A stretch of DNA of 64,000 bases from Mobula hypostoma. Lineage: Eukaryota. This document shows, one piece after another, positions 52,901 to 64,000 of the stretch. The translations under genes and the position numbers were made by a program. Position 1 is the first letter of the stretch; the number at the start of each line of letters is the position of its first letter. Below the pieces are notes generated by a model. It was not told the DNA's origin. It saw only the letters and a program-made list of their open reading frames with translations, and searched no databases. The stretch is from assembly GCF_963921235.1 (NCBI RefSeq), contig NC_086097.1, forward strand, positions 88,662,001-88,726,000. The letters are read 5' to 3'.

Positions 52901-53061
52901 CTACTGTATTCTTATGTTATTTTAACTATCCCGTTGTACATAATATTTATTATAAATTACTATAAATGCACATTGCACATTTGAACCGAGATGTAACATA
53001 AAAGACTTTTCCTCATGTATTTAAAGGATATAAGTAATGAAGTCAATTCAATTCAATTCAA
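49998..53061 (+). mobile_element. Near full-length decayed Rex1/Babar-type LINE
   Basis: 5' caagatggcgcc; PSILLANVQ, RPYWLPREFTAV, FPNQKPWI, KAVGPDGI, DYSSAFN, KFADNT; (AATTC)n tail. Confidence 0.9.
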
Positions 53062-53217
53062 TAGTGGCAAGTCATGGTATTAGAGCATCAGATTGAGATA
53101 TGGTGGCATATAAATGCATATTCTTGCCTTAATTGCTTTGAAAGAATTCTTGGAAACAACAAACATGAGATTTATTTTTCTGAAAAGATTTTCCTCTTCT
53201 TTTTCATGTACATTAAG

Positions 53218-53343
53218 CAAAGAGCCCAGCCAGCAACGTGTGAGGAGATGGGGATTCTCCTTCGATGAAGTGCTAAAGGACCCTGTAGGACGTGAACAGT
53301 TCCTGAAGTTCCTGGAGTCTGAGTTTAGCTCCGAGAATCTGAG
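53218..53343 (+). CDS. RGS6: RGS6 internal exon (start of RGS domain), 126 nt
   Basis: ttaag|C...CTGAG|gtaaag; [41 protein letters not shown](R). Confidence 0.94.
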
Positions 53344-53426
53344 GTAAAGTGATTAGCCCTGTACTAAAGGATCTTTAATCAAGAAATCAGTCCATAGACT
53401 GGGGTGTATTTAAATGTAAGTTTACA

Positions 53427-53822
53427 TTTAGATTAGATTATGAGAACACTCAGTCCTCTTTCATTGTCATTTAGAAATGCATACATGCATTAAGAAATGA
53501 TACAATGTTTCTCCGGAGTGATATCACAGTAAACAGGACAAACCAAAGACTAACACTGACAGAACCACATAATTATAACATATAGTTACAGCAGTGCAAA
53601 GCAATACCATAATTTGATGAAGATCAAACCATAGGCACGGTAAAAATAGTCTCATAGTCTCAAAGTCCCCAAGTCAATCGACTCCCGAGTCCCCGATAGC
53701 AGGCGGCAAAAGGGAGAAACTCCCTGCCATAAACCTCCAGGCACCGTCAACTTGCCGATGACTTGGAAGCAGCTGACCACAGCCGACACTGAGTCCATCC
53801 GTCCGAAAACTTCGAGCTTCCG
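53427..53822 (-). mobile_element. Probable LINE-tail-derived non-autonomous repeat
   Basis: (TTAGA)n tail next to a tttcattgtcat-type LINE 3' end, followed by a CpG-rich body. Confidence 0.45.
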
Positions 53823-54259
53823 TTCTTTATGGCAAAGAACAGCAGAAAACTTTATTTTACAATGCTATGAGGCTATGGAAAACATCTGTAGAAATAGTGA
53901 TTGAAACAGAAAATGTTGGAAGTACATGGCAGATCAGGCTATATCTGTAGGAAGGGAAACTAGAATTAATGGGTAAGGTTGGAGACTTCATCAGAACAGG
54001 GAAGGAAACGAAAGAAACTTGTTAATCTACAGTAAGTATAAAGGAGGGGTGATGCCTCTAGGATAAAACCCAGAGTGACCTTTGGGATAAACAATGGGAA
54101 CAGTTATTCAATGAGAACATAGACTGCTGTGCAGGTCAGGCTGAGACCTCACTCCCAGAGAACTAAAACTTGCACTTCTTCTGGCAGATGATAGGGCACA
54201 ATTGCAGTCAGTGGGATGAGTTGAAGTGTGACATGGGAGCAAAAGCAAGAAGAATACGG

Positions 54260-57200
54260 GACTGAAGTGTTATATTATATTTGAATGCACGCAGTACATG
54301 GAATAAGGTAGATCATATTATAGCGCAGTTAGAGATTGACAGGTATTACATTGTGGACATCACTGAGTCGTGGCTGAAAGATCATAGTTGTAAGCTTAAT
54401 ATCCAAGGATACACCTTGTATTGAAATGACAGGCAATTAGGCAGAGGGGGTGGTGTGGCTCTGTTGGTAAAAAGTGAAATGAAACACTCAAAGAGGTGAC
54501 ATAGGATTGGAAGATGTAGAATGTTTCTGTGTAGAGTTAAGAAACTGCAAGGGAAAAAAGACCGTGATGGGAGTTGTATACAGGTGCCCAAGCAGGATGT
54601 GGGATATAAATTTCAACAAGAAGTAGAAAAGGCATGTAATAAGGACAATGTTATAGTCCTGAAGGATTTCAATATGCAGGTGTATTGGGAAAATTAGGTT
54701 GGTGGTAGATTCCAAGAGAGGGAATTTGTAAAATACCTGCGAGATGCCATTTTTTAGAGCAGCTTGTGGTTGAGCCCACTAGGGGAAAGACAATTCTGGA
54801 TTGAATGTTGTGTAGTGAACCAGATTTGATTAGGGAGCTGAAGGTAAAGAAGATCTTAGAAGCTAGTGATCATAATATGATAGAATTCACCCCGAAGTTT
54901 GAGACGGAGAAGATAAAGTCAGATGTAAAAATATTACAGAGGCATCCATTTAGAACAGAGATGTCCTCCTATGTCTTATGGTCTTACAGTGAGGAAAGGG
55001 AATTACAGAGGAATGAGGCTGGAGTTGGTCAGAGTTGATTGGATGGGGACAATGGCAGGGATGACTGCAGAATTGCAATGGCTGGAGTTTCTGGGGGTAA
55101 TTTGGAAGTTTCTGGATAAATACATCCCAAGATGAAGTGTTCTGAAGGGACGATAACACAACCGTGGCTGACAAGGGAAGTCAAAGACAGCATTAAAGCA
55201 AAAGAGAGGGTATATAATACCAAAAATTAGTGGGTAATTAGAAGATTGGGAAGCTTTTAAAAACCAACAGAAGGCAACTAAAAAAGCCATAAGGAGAAAA
55301 AAGATGAACTATGGAGGAAAGCTAGCAAATAATATTAAAGAGGATACCAAAAGTTTTTTGACATATATAAACAGTAAATGAGAGGTGAGAGTGGATATTG
55401 GACTGTTGGAACATTACTCTGGAGAGGTAATAATGGGAGACAAAGAAACAGACCAGGTGGACTACACCTCAGAGCTCTGAAAGAGAAATGATTGTAGAGA
55501 TATTAGTAATGATCTTTCAAGAATCACTAGATTCTGGAATGGTTCCGGAAGACTGGAAAATTGCAATTGTCACTCCATCTTTAAGTACTGAGGGAAGCAG
55601 AATAAAGGAAATTACAGTCTAGTTAGCCTTACTTCAGTGGTTGGAAAGATGTTCAAGTCCATTATTAAGCATGAGGTTTCGGGGTACTTGGAGCCACATG
55701 TTAAAGTAAGCCAAAGTCCTTAAACAGAAATCTTGCCTGATAATCTGTTGGAATCTATGAAAAAATAACAGGCGGAATAGACAAAGGAGAGTCAATGGAT
55801 CTTGCTTCGATTTTCCGAATGCCTTCGACAAAGTGCAACACATGAGGATGCTTAAAAAGATAAGAGCCCATGGTATTCAGGAATGATACTAGCATGGATA
55901 GAAGATTGAATGACTGGCAGGAGGCAGAATAAAGGGGGCCTATTTTGGTTGACTGCTGGTGACTAGTGGTGCTTATTGAGACTAATTCTTTTTGAGTTAT
56001 ATGTCTGTGATTTGGATGACAGAATTGATGGCTTAATGGAGAAGTTTGCAGATGATACAAGGGTAAGTGGAGGGGCAGGTAGTGTTGAGGAAGGGGGAAA
56101 TCTGCAGAATGACTTGAACAGATGGGAAGAGTGGGCTAATGGAATGCAGTGTAGGGAACTGTATGCTCATGCACTTTGGTAGAAGGAATCATGGGTAGAC
56201 TATTTTCTAAATGGAGAGAAAATTCAAAACTCAGAGATGCAAAGGGACCTGGGAGTGCTCGTGCAGGATTCCCTAAATGTTAACTTGCAGGTTGAGCTGG
56301 TGGTAAGGAAGGCAAATGCAATATTAGCATTCATTTTGAGAGGACTAGAATATAAGTTAGATGTGATGCTGAGGCTTTACAGAGCATTAGTCAGACCGCA
56401 GTTGGAGTAGTGTGAGCTGCTTTGGACCCCTTATCTCAGAAAAGATGTACTGGCATTGGAGAGGATCCAGAGGAGGTTCACAAGAATAATTCTGGGAATG
56501 AAATGGTTAACATATGAGGAGTGTTTGATGGCTCTGGGCCTGTACTCTCAGGAGTTTAGAAAACTTGGGGGGTGGGGGGAATCTCACTGAAACCTATCAA
56601 ATATTGAAAGACCTAGATAGAGTGGATAGGGAGAGGATGTTTCCTGTAGTCGGGGAGTCTAGGACCAGAGGGACGGCCTCAGAATAGGGGACATCCATTT
56701 AGAACAGAGATGAAAAGGAATTTCTTTAGCCACCGGGTTGTGAATCTGTGAAATTCATTGCCACTGTTGGTGGATGCTAAATCAGAATCAGAATCAGGTT
56801 TACTATCACCAACATATGTCCTGAAGTTTGATAACTTAGTGGCAGCAGTACAATACAGTACATGATACATATATAAAAAATAAGTAAATCAATTACAGTA
56901 ACTGTATAAATGTATATTAAATAGTTAAATTAAAAATAGTGCAAAAACAGAAATAATCTTTAAAAAATTAGAGAGGTAATGTTCATGGGTTCAATGTCCA
57001 TTTAGAAATCGGTTGGCAGAGGGGAAGAAGCTGTTCCTGAATACTGAGTGTGGGCCTTCAGGCTCCTGTACATCCTACCTGATGGTAACAATGAGAAGAG
57101 GGCATGAGTATGTAACCACTGAGTATATTTAAAGCGGAGTTTTATATGTTCTTGGGTAGTCAGGGTGTGAAAGGATACAGGGAAAAAGGCAGGGAAAATG

Positions 57201-57288
57201 GGGTTGAGAGGGATAATAAATCAGCCATGATGGAGAAGATTCAATGGGTTGAGTAGCCTAATTCTGCTCCTATGTTTTATGGTCTTAA
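54260..57288 (+). mobile_element. Old decayed CR1 LINE (APE to 3' UTR) with nested inserts
   Basis: LNARS, ITESWL, SDHNMIEF, KFADDT, LVRPQLE; CR1 3' UTR. Confidence 0.85.
56779..57106 (-). mobile_element. 3' end of a Rex1/L2-like LINE nested in CR1
   Basis: (AATCAG)n tail with tttac/tttat poly(A)-signal complement and gaagaagctgttcctga C-terminal region. Confidence 0.65.
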
Positions 57289-57537
57289 ATCTAGTAGACT
57301 GTATTCAGTGTTAACAATGTTGATTCCTCTATACTTGGAGCAACTGAACATAAATTGTGTCACTGCTTCATGGACCGCTGTGTTGGGTCCACATGGGTGA
57401 CCCAGAGCTTCCTATTGCCTGCCAATTGTGTTCTCCATCCTACTGCCCTCTCAGTCAGTGGCCTTGTACTGTTGTAATAAGGTCCAACACAAGCTTGAGG
57501 AACTACATCCCATCTTCTAACTGGACATGTTGCAGCC

Positions 57538-60260
57538 TTATGGATGATGCCTGGATCGAATCTCTTATTGCAATTAGGAGTATAGGTATACTCTCATCCC
57601 AATGTTTTCCGTTTTCCATACAGCATGTTTTAATCATGGTTTTGAGGGTAGAGTGAAACCTCTCTATCGCTCCCTGGGATTGGGGATGGTATGCTGTGGA
57701 CGAAATTAGTTTCACTCCCAGTTCTGTAACTACCTGTTGAAATACACCCAAAGTAAAATTACTGCCCTGATCCGATTGTATCTCCTTGGGCAGACCCACT
57801 AATGTGAAGAACTTAATAAGTGCCTTCACCACTGTTTTAGCCTTTAGGTTCCTGAGGGGTATTGCTTCTGGGAACCTAGAGGCAGCATACATAATGGTTA
57901 ACAGGTATTGGTGGTACCCTGCAGTCTTTGGCAGTGGGCCAACACATCCACAATGACCCTAGAGAAAGGTTCGTCAAAAGCTGGTATGGGGCGAAGTGGC
58001 TCTTGTGGGATAGGCTGATTCAGTTTCCCTACCACTTGATATGTGTGACAAGTTTTACAAAAAACCACCACATCCTTTCTTATACCGGGCCAATGAAATT
58101 CTTTCATAATCTCATGCCCTGTCTTTCTAACTCCAAGATGTCCCCCTAAAGGCATTGTATCAGTCATCTTTAAATTTTCTGTACGGTAACCCTTCAGAAC
58201 CACCACCTGGTGCACCACAGCCCTATCCTCATCGGCAGGTGCTGTCAGTGGTTTCCACTTCCTCATTACTACCGCATCCTTCAGATAGTAACCCATTGAC
58301 TCCCTCTGAATTTCATTCTCAGAAAGAGCTGTCCCTTTTAAAACTGCAATCTCAGGATCCCTATCCTGCTCTTCCACAAGCTTCCACCTGGACAATGACA
58401 AACCCCTCTTATCCGCCTCACTACCTGGGTCCTGGTTGAACACAGATGGTAGAAAAGTTTCAGATAAGTCAGTAGGATCTGTACCCCTGTCTTTGCTATC
58501 GCGGGCACCTGACCCCTCCCGTTCAGATCGCTTCACTTCTGCAGCCTTCCTTGTCGTGCGTCTTGTGATTGCGCATGTGGGATAAAGTTCACTGTCTGCA
58601 CTTGTCTCACTAACAGCAGGCCGGCTTGTTAGCTGTAACTCTGGGTATACATCTTTTCCTGCCAGGTCATTTCCCAACAAGACGTCCACGTTAGCTATCG
58701 GTAATTTAGGTCATATGCCTATCTCAACTGGTCCAGACACTAAGTCACATTTCAAAATTATTTTGTGCAAAGGCGCGACCTCTGTTCCCTTGCCAATACC
58801 TTCCAGAATATTCATTTGGTCCGTTTTTGTCTCGTCACCAAATTCTAAGACATCACTTAATATCAGTGACTGAACGGCTCCAGTATCGCGCCAGATTCTC
58901 ACTGGAACTAGGGGTGACCCCTCCTTCACAGACACAAGACCCTTGATAATAAACTACTCAATCCCTTCCTGAACTTGGCCAGATCCCACCTTCCTTTGTG
59001 TGGTCTCAGCCACTGGTGCACATGCATTGGGGGTTTTCCCCTTCTCCTTTCCCATTTCTTTCTTCTGAATAAGATGGTTAGATGCCACATGGCCGGGCTT
59101 CCTTCAGTAGTAACAGGTAAAACTGGAAAACTTATCTTTGGTTGGTTTCCCCTCCCCTTTACCTCTGTCACTAGCTTCTGCCTTGTTTTCTGTTTTACTC
59201 GGCGGATTATCCTGGTAACTCTTCTGATAACCCTTGTTCGGGAAAAACGTAATCTTATGAGTCAGGGCAAACTTATCCGCTAACCTAGCGGCCGTGGAAA
59301 GAGTCTCAACCTCTTTCTCTTCAAAGTATGTCTGTGTCTCACTAGGGACACACTCTTTAAATTCCTCGATCAGCATCAGCTGTCTCACTTTGTCGTAGTC
59401 CTCGTCTACTTCTTTTGAGGCACACCACCGATCAAAGTACTTCTCCTTTTCACGGGCAAACTCTATATATGTCTGGTTCCCAGACGTCCTCAAACCCCGA
59501 AACTTCTGTCAGTTCGCTTCTGGCACCATTTCATAGACCTTAAGCACAGCCTCCTTCACAGCATCATAATTAGTCGACTCAGTCACAGACAAGGCAGAAT
59601 ATGCTTGCTGCGCCTTCCCTTTTAACACACTTTGCAGCAATACTGCCCAGTCCTCCGTCAGCCACTTCCTGTTCTGAGCCACTTTCTCAAAATGTAGGAA
59701 GTACCTATCAACATCTCCTTCAGCAAATGGAGGTACCAACTTAATTTCCTGACTGACATTAATTGATGCACCCCTCTCACCACCACTGCCTGACACTTGA
59801 CCCTCTTGATGCTGCATCTCCCTCTCAAACTCCCTCTGTCTTTCTGCCTCTTCTCTCTGATTTTCTGCCTGTTTGGCCTCGAGACGTTTCAGTTGCAGCC
59901 TGCGTTGCTCCACCCAGTAAGTTTACCTCCAGCAAACATTTTCAATACATTCTCAGTAAATTGTTTCGTCGAAACATAAGATTCAACTATTTCTCTTTGA
60001 ATTTCTATCTTAGTCATACCCTTCTTTACCTCAATTCTCAATTCTTTAGCAATGTCCCGCACATCATCCTTTTTAGCTGTCGGCAAAACCGCAGGGTTTG
60101 GCTTTGCCAGAAATTTCACAACATCCATTTCTGCTGTTTTTCCACACAAAGATTAATTACAAGGGATTTCCCCAATCAAGACAAGCCCCGACACAATTTC
60201 AAAAATTGGCTCCAACCAAATCTGTTCCTATCCGGGACGCAGGCCCCGATTAAAAGTGTT
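57538..60260 (-). mobile_element. Decayed Gypsy LTR retrotransposon of Gmr1 type (gag, protease, integrase; 3' truncated)
   Basis: Gag LVPPF.EGDVDRYF.HFE, LMLIEEFK, remnant knuckle TCYY*RKPGH; protease RDTGA; integrase GHLGVRKT, CKTC, SDQGSNF, HPQSQGAIER. Confidence 0.9.
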
Positions 60261-60339
60261 ATCAAAACAAAGTCAGAGTCCTCTCTCTCTTTTAATTGCC
60301 TCCTTGTTCATTAGACTGCTGAATTTTCTAGCAGTTTCT

Positions 60340-60510
60340 CACCTGCGTGACAACCTACTAGTTTGCATGTCTTTAGGATATGGGAGAAAACCAGAGCACC
60401 CACAGGGTAACCTACGTGGTTTCAGTGAGAATGTGCAAACTCCACACAGACAGGGTGGGAATTTAGGATAGAACCCAGGCCTCTGAGCAGCTCCACTAAC
60501 TGTACCACTG
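60340..60510 (-). mobile_element. HE1/V-SINE-like SINE fragment
   Basis: gggagaaaaccagagcaccc...gaatgtgcaaactccacacagaca core. Confidence 0.65.
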
Positions 60511-61294
60511 TTGGATGAATATCTAGCCAAAATTATATGAGATTGCTGGTTTAAATATTGGAAACATTCTCCTAAACTCTAGCTTCTCTTTCTGTGCACT
60601 CTATTATAATTGTATCTTTACCTTGCAGTCAAAATATGAAATAAACTAAAGAAGGGCTTAAATTTTGGAGGGTATTATTATAATTAATATATTTACAAAA
60701 ATCAAAGAACTACCACTTAAGTGAAAGCATTTAAACATTGATCTATCCTGTTAGCAAGCTAGCTAATGAAAATCCATGAATTGTTCAATTATTTAATAAC
60801 TGCAAAAGTTCATGTTTGTCTGTTACTTTAACAGATAAGAGACCACTTACTGTATAAAGCTCAATACTGATATCAAAATTTAGACCAGCGCCTTGATGTA
60901 ACAAAATGCCATCCATGATCAAAGGTTTCTAGTTTCATTATGTTCACTAATGGAAATTTCAACCAATATCTTTAACAATGGTATTAACCAAAGGTTCACA
61001 TTGCAAATGGACTGATATGCAAGTTGATGTGTCAACTTGTGCTACTTGCTACTAAATTGAAAATCTGTCCATTTCTTTTCAGCACTAATATCAAAGTAGC
61101 GCTTACTGCTATCCAAACAACCTTTGTCATTTGCACCAGACAAATTTCCCTTCATTTTCCCTGTATAGTTATGTAAATTTCTTCATTAAGAGACATTTTG
61201 TTTTATGAACAAAATCAGAATTAATGAAAGATTTGGGGTCAAGATACTGTCATCAAATGGCAGAACGATCTGTGACATATTTAACCTTAATTCC

Positions 61295-62050
61295 AAGATT
61301 CAAGGGTTCAACGGTCCAAATTAATATCAGAGAAATGTATACAATGCTTTTTCTTCGCAACCATCCACGAAAACAGAGGAGTGCCCCAAAGAATGAACGA
61401 CATTTAAATGTTAGAACCCCAAAGTCCCGCCCAGCTCCCCTCCCTCTCACACGCAAGTGACAATTCCACTCCCCCCACTAGCAAAAAAAGCAATGGCACC
61501 CACCACTGAGCACTCAAGTGTGAGCAAAGCAATAGCAAAGACACAGACTTGCAGTTACCCCAAAGACTTCGCGTTTCACCTGGTATATGACATACCACAG
61601 GTTCTCTCTCTCCCTAATAAGGGAGAAAGAGGTGTCTCCGTTTTCCCAGTGAGCAGGGAGACATAACAAACAACTCGCTGGTTTACGATTTTAAAATTTC
61701 GTTATGTCAATTTTTTCGAGCTCTGTATCCAAAAAACTTGGCATACAACTGTAGATATTCCCCGACAATACACGGGTTTCATGCCGTGACACCAACCCTC
61801 AATCTGCCCATCTCCAGAGCCCCGAGATCCTAGGCTTCCAAATCCAAGCCAGACTCTTAGGTCAAGCCCTTGGTGTGCGAACAACAGCCAGTTGTGAAAC
61901 CCCGAGAACGGGTCCCATTCCCGCAAAGAACCAAAGTCAGCGCACAAGTCCAGGTCAGGGTCTTCAAAAGAACCCTAAAAGGGAAAAATAAATATATTAA
62001 AGATGAAAGTGGAGCTGTTTCTGAAGATGCAAGCAAAGGAGTCGCTGTTT
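61295..62050 (-). mobile_element. Probable non-autonomous LINE-related repeat
   Basis: LINE-type 3' end (taatatcagagaaatgtatacaat, also at about 3200) and a CpG-rich body; cut off by the CR1 at 62050. Confidence 0.45.
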
Positions 62051-63000
62051 AGAACATAGAACATAGAATAGTACAGCACAGTACAGGCCCTTCGGCCCAC
62101 AATGTTGTGCCGACCCTCAAACCCTGCCTCCCATATAAGCCCCCACCTTAGATTCCTCCATATACCTGTCTAGTAGTCTCTTAAACTTCACCAGTGTATC
62201 TGCCTCCACCACTGACTCAGGCAGTGCATTCCACGCACCAACCACTTTCTGAATAAAAAGCCTTCCTCTAATATCCCCCTTGAACTTCCCACCCCTTACC
62301 TTAAAGCCATGTCCTCTTGTGTTGAGCAGTGGTGCCCTGGGGAAGAGGCGCTGGCTATCCACTCTATCTATTCCTCTAAATATCTTATACACCTCTATCA
62401 TGTCTCCTCTCATCCTCCTTCTCTCCAGAGAGTAAAGCCCTAGCTCCCTTAATCTCTGATCATAATGCATACTTTCTAAACCAAGCAGCATCCTGGTAAA
62501 TCTCCTCTGTACCCTTTCCAATGCTTCCACATCCTTCCTATACTGAGGCGACCAGAACTGGACACAGTACTCCAAGCGTGACCAAACCAGAGTTTTATAG
62601 AGCTGCATCATTACATCGCAACTCTTAAACTCTATCCCTCGACTTATGAAAGCTAACACCCCATAAGCTTTCTTAACTACCCTATCCACCTGTGAGGCAA
62701 CTTTCAGGGATCTGTGGACATGTACCCCGAGATCCCTCTGCACCTCCACACTACCAAGTATCCTACCATTTACTTTGTACTCTGCCTTGGAGTTTGTCCT
62801 TCCAAAGTGTACCACCTCACACTTCTCCGGGTTGAACTCCATCTGCCACTTCTCAGCCCACTCCTGCATCCTATCAATGTCTCTCTGCAATCTTTCACAA
62901 TCCTCTACACTATCTACAAACACCACCAACCTTTGTGTCGTCTGCAAACTTGCCAACCCACCCTTCTACCCCCACATCCAGGTTGTTAATAAAAATCACG
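62050..63000 (-). mobile_element. Young 5'-truncated CR1 LINE
   Basis: 279-aa open RT C-terminal ORF; (tagaaca)n tail. Confidence 0.92.
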
Positions 63001-64000
63001 ATTTTAGCACTATTATTATTCCACTCTAATTTACAAGATGGATTTTGGAATCAAAACTTCATTAGTAAGAAAGCAGTTGTTGAAAATGTGAAATTAAAAC
63101 TGCATTGAGAAGCAGAATAGACCTTGAGGACATGAATGCAAATGATTACGTTTTGCCTCCTTAAAACCTTAAAATAATAAGAAATAAAATGAGCTCTAGT
63201 ATATATATCTGAGTGAATAAAGTTGTAGAAGTGAAATGATCAACTTGAACTGAATCTTGCTTAGATAACATTTGAAAATTTTGTACAGGTCATTCCCACA
63301 TGAAAAATGCATTACAATATGAACCCCCATACATGACTATTATTATATTGTTAAATTCTGAAGTCTGTATTACTATACTTACATATGTTTATTCCTATGA
63401 TTAGCCGAACTAGTCTCCTCTTTCTACCTTTAATAATTGTCCTTCCAAACCAGTCTTATGAGATTTTGATACCACTTGTTACAATACTATGGTAGAATGG
63501 TTACCATATCAAGTGATTTTTGCGTATTTTTTTTTATTTTATTTTTATTTGGATAAGGAATTCACAATTATCATGTACTTTTTTCACACATATAACCTTT
63601 TCCATTTTTTTATATGTATAAAACTACAATTATTTATACATTCTTAAGTACACATTGAGATGATATAAAAGGAAAATAAACATTTAAATAGATAATTATG
63701 TACTGTGGTACAGTCAATCTCTTTTCACCTAAAAAGGGAAGACCAAGGGGACCTGATCTGTAGAACTTTAATAAGTTTTATCCATGTAGATATAATGAGA
63801 GTATGCACTAAATGGAGGTCTTCAATTAAAGTAGTCAAGAGAAAATAAAGCACAGATTTCTGAAGAAAATTCCTTACCTAAGGAGCAAAGGAATGTGGAA
63901 CTCTGAAGTTTAGAGTGATTCAAGCAAGCAGCATAAATATGTTTAAGGTAGGAGGTAGAAGGGAATAATGGGTTATGGTAGTCAGGCTTCAGACAGCTTG

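Noticed and set aside
11999..53343. RGS7 as the gene identity
   Set aside because: Diagnostic residues ([48 protein letters not shown]) match RGS6
53344..64000. Next RGS6 exon (FWLAVQDLKK...)
   Set aside because: Not found by eye or in the ORF track; presumably lies beyond the window

Overview
Vertebrate genomic DNA, most likely a cartilaginous fish (inferred from HE1/V-SINE-like repeats and the CR1, Rex1 and Penelope repeat mix). The window holds 11 consecutive internal coding exons of RGS6 on the + strand (11999-53343). All introns are GT-AG. The exons join into a 907-nt open frame covering DEP, DHEX, GGL and the start of the RGS domain; the 5' and 3' exons lie outside the window. Nearly all other ORFs in the track are transposable-element remnants: CR1 LINEs (one 3.5 kb copy with an SGNH-esterase ORF1), Rex1/Babar LINEs, Penelope-like elements, a Gmr1-type Gypsy element, three solo LTRs, and hAT, Harbinger and Tc1 DNA transposons and MITEs. 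The most striking structure is a 1.5 kb Penelope palindrome with a 14-bp target-site duplication (TSD) that places a minimal hammerhead ribozyme motif on the RGS6 sense strand. I see no CRISPR array or prokaryote-type system and cannot claim a wholly new system. The findings are unusual instances of known element classes. Repeat boundaries not anchored by TSDs or terminal inverted repeats (TIRs) are approximate, and family names come from recalled motifs, not database searches.
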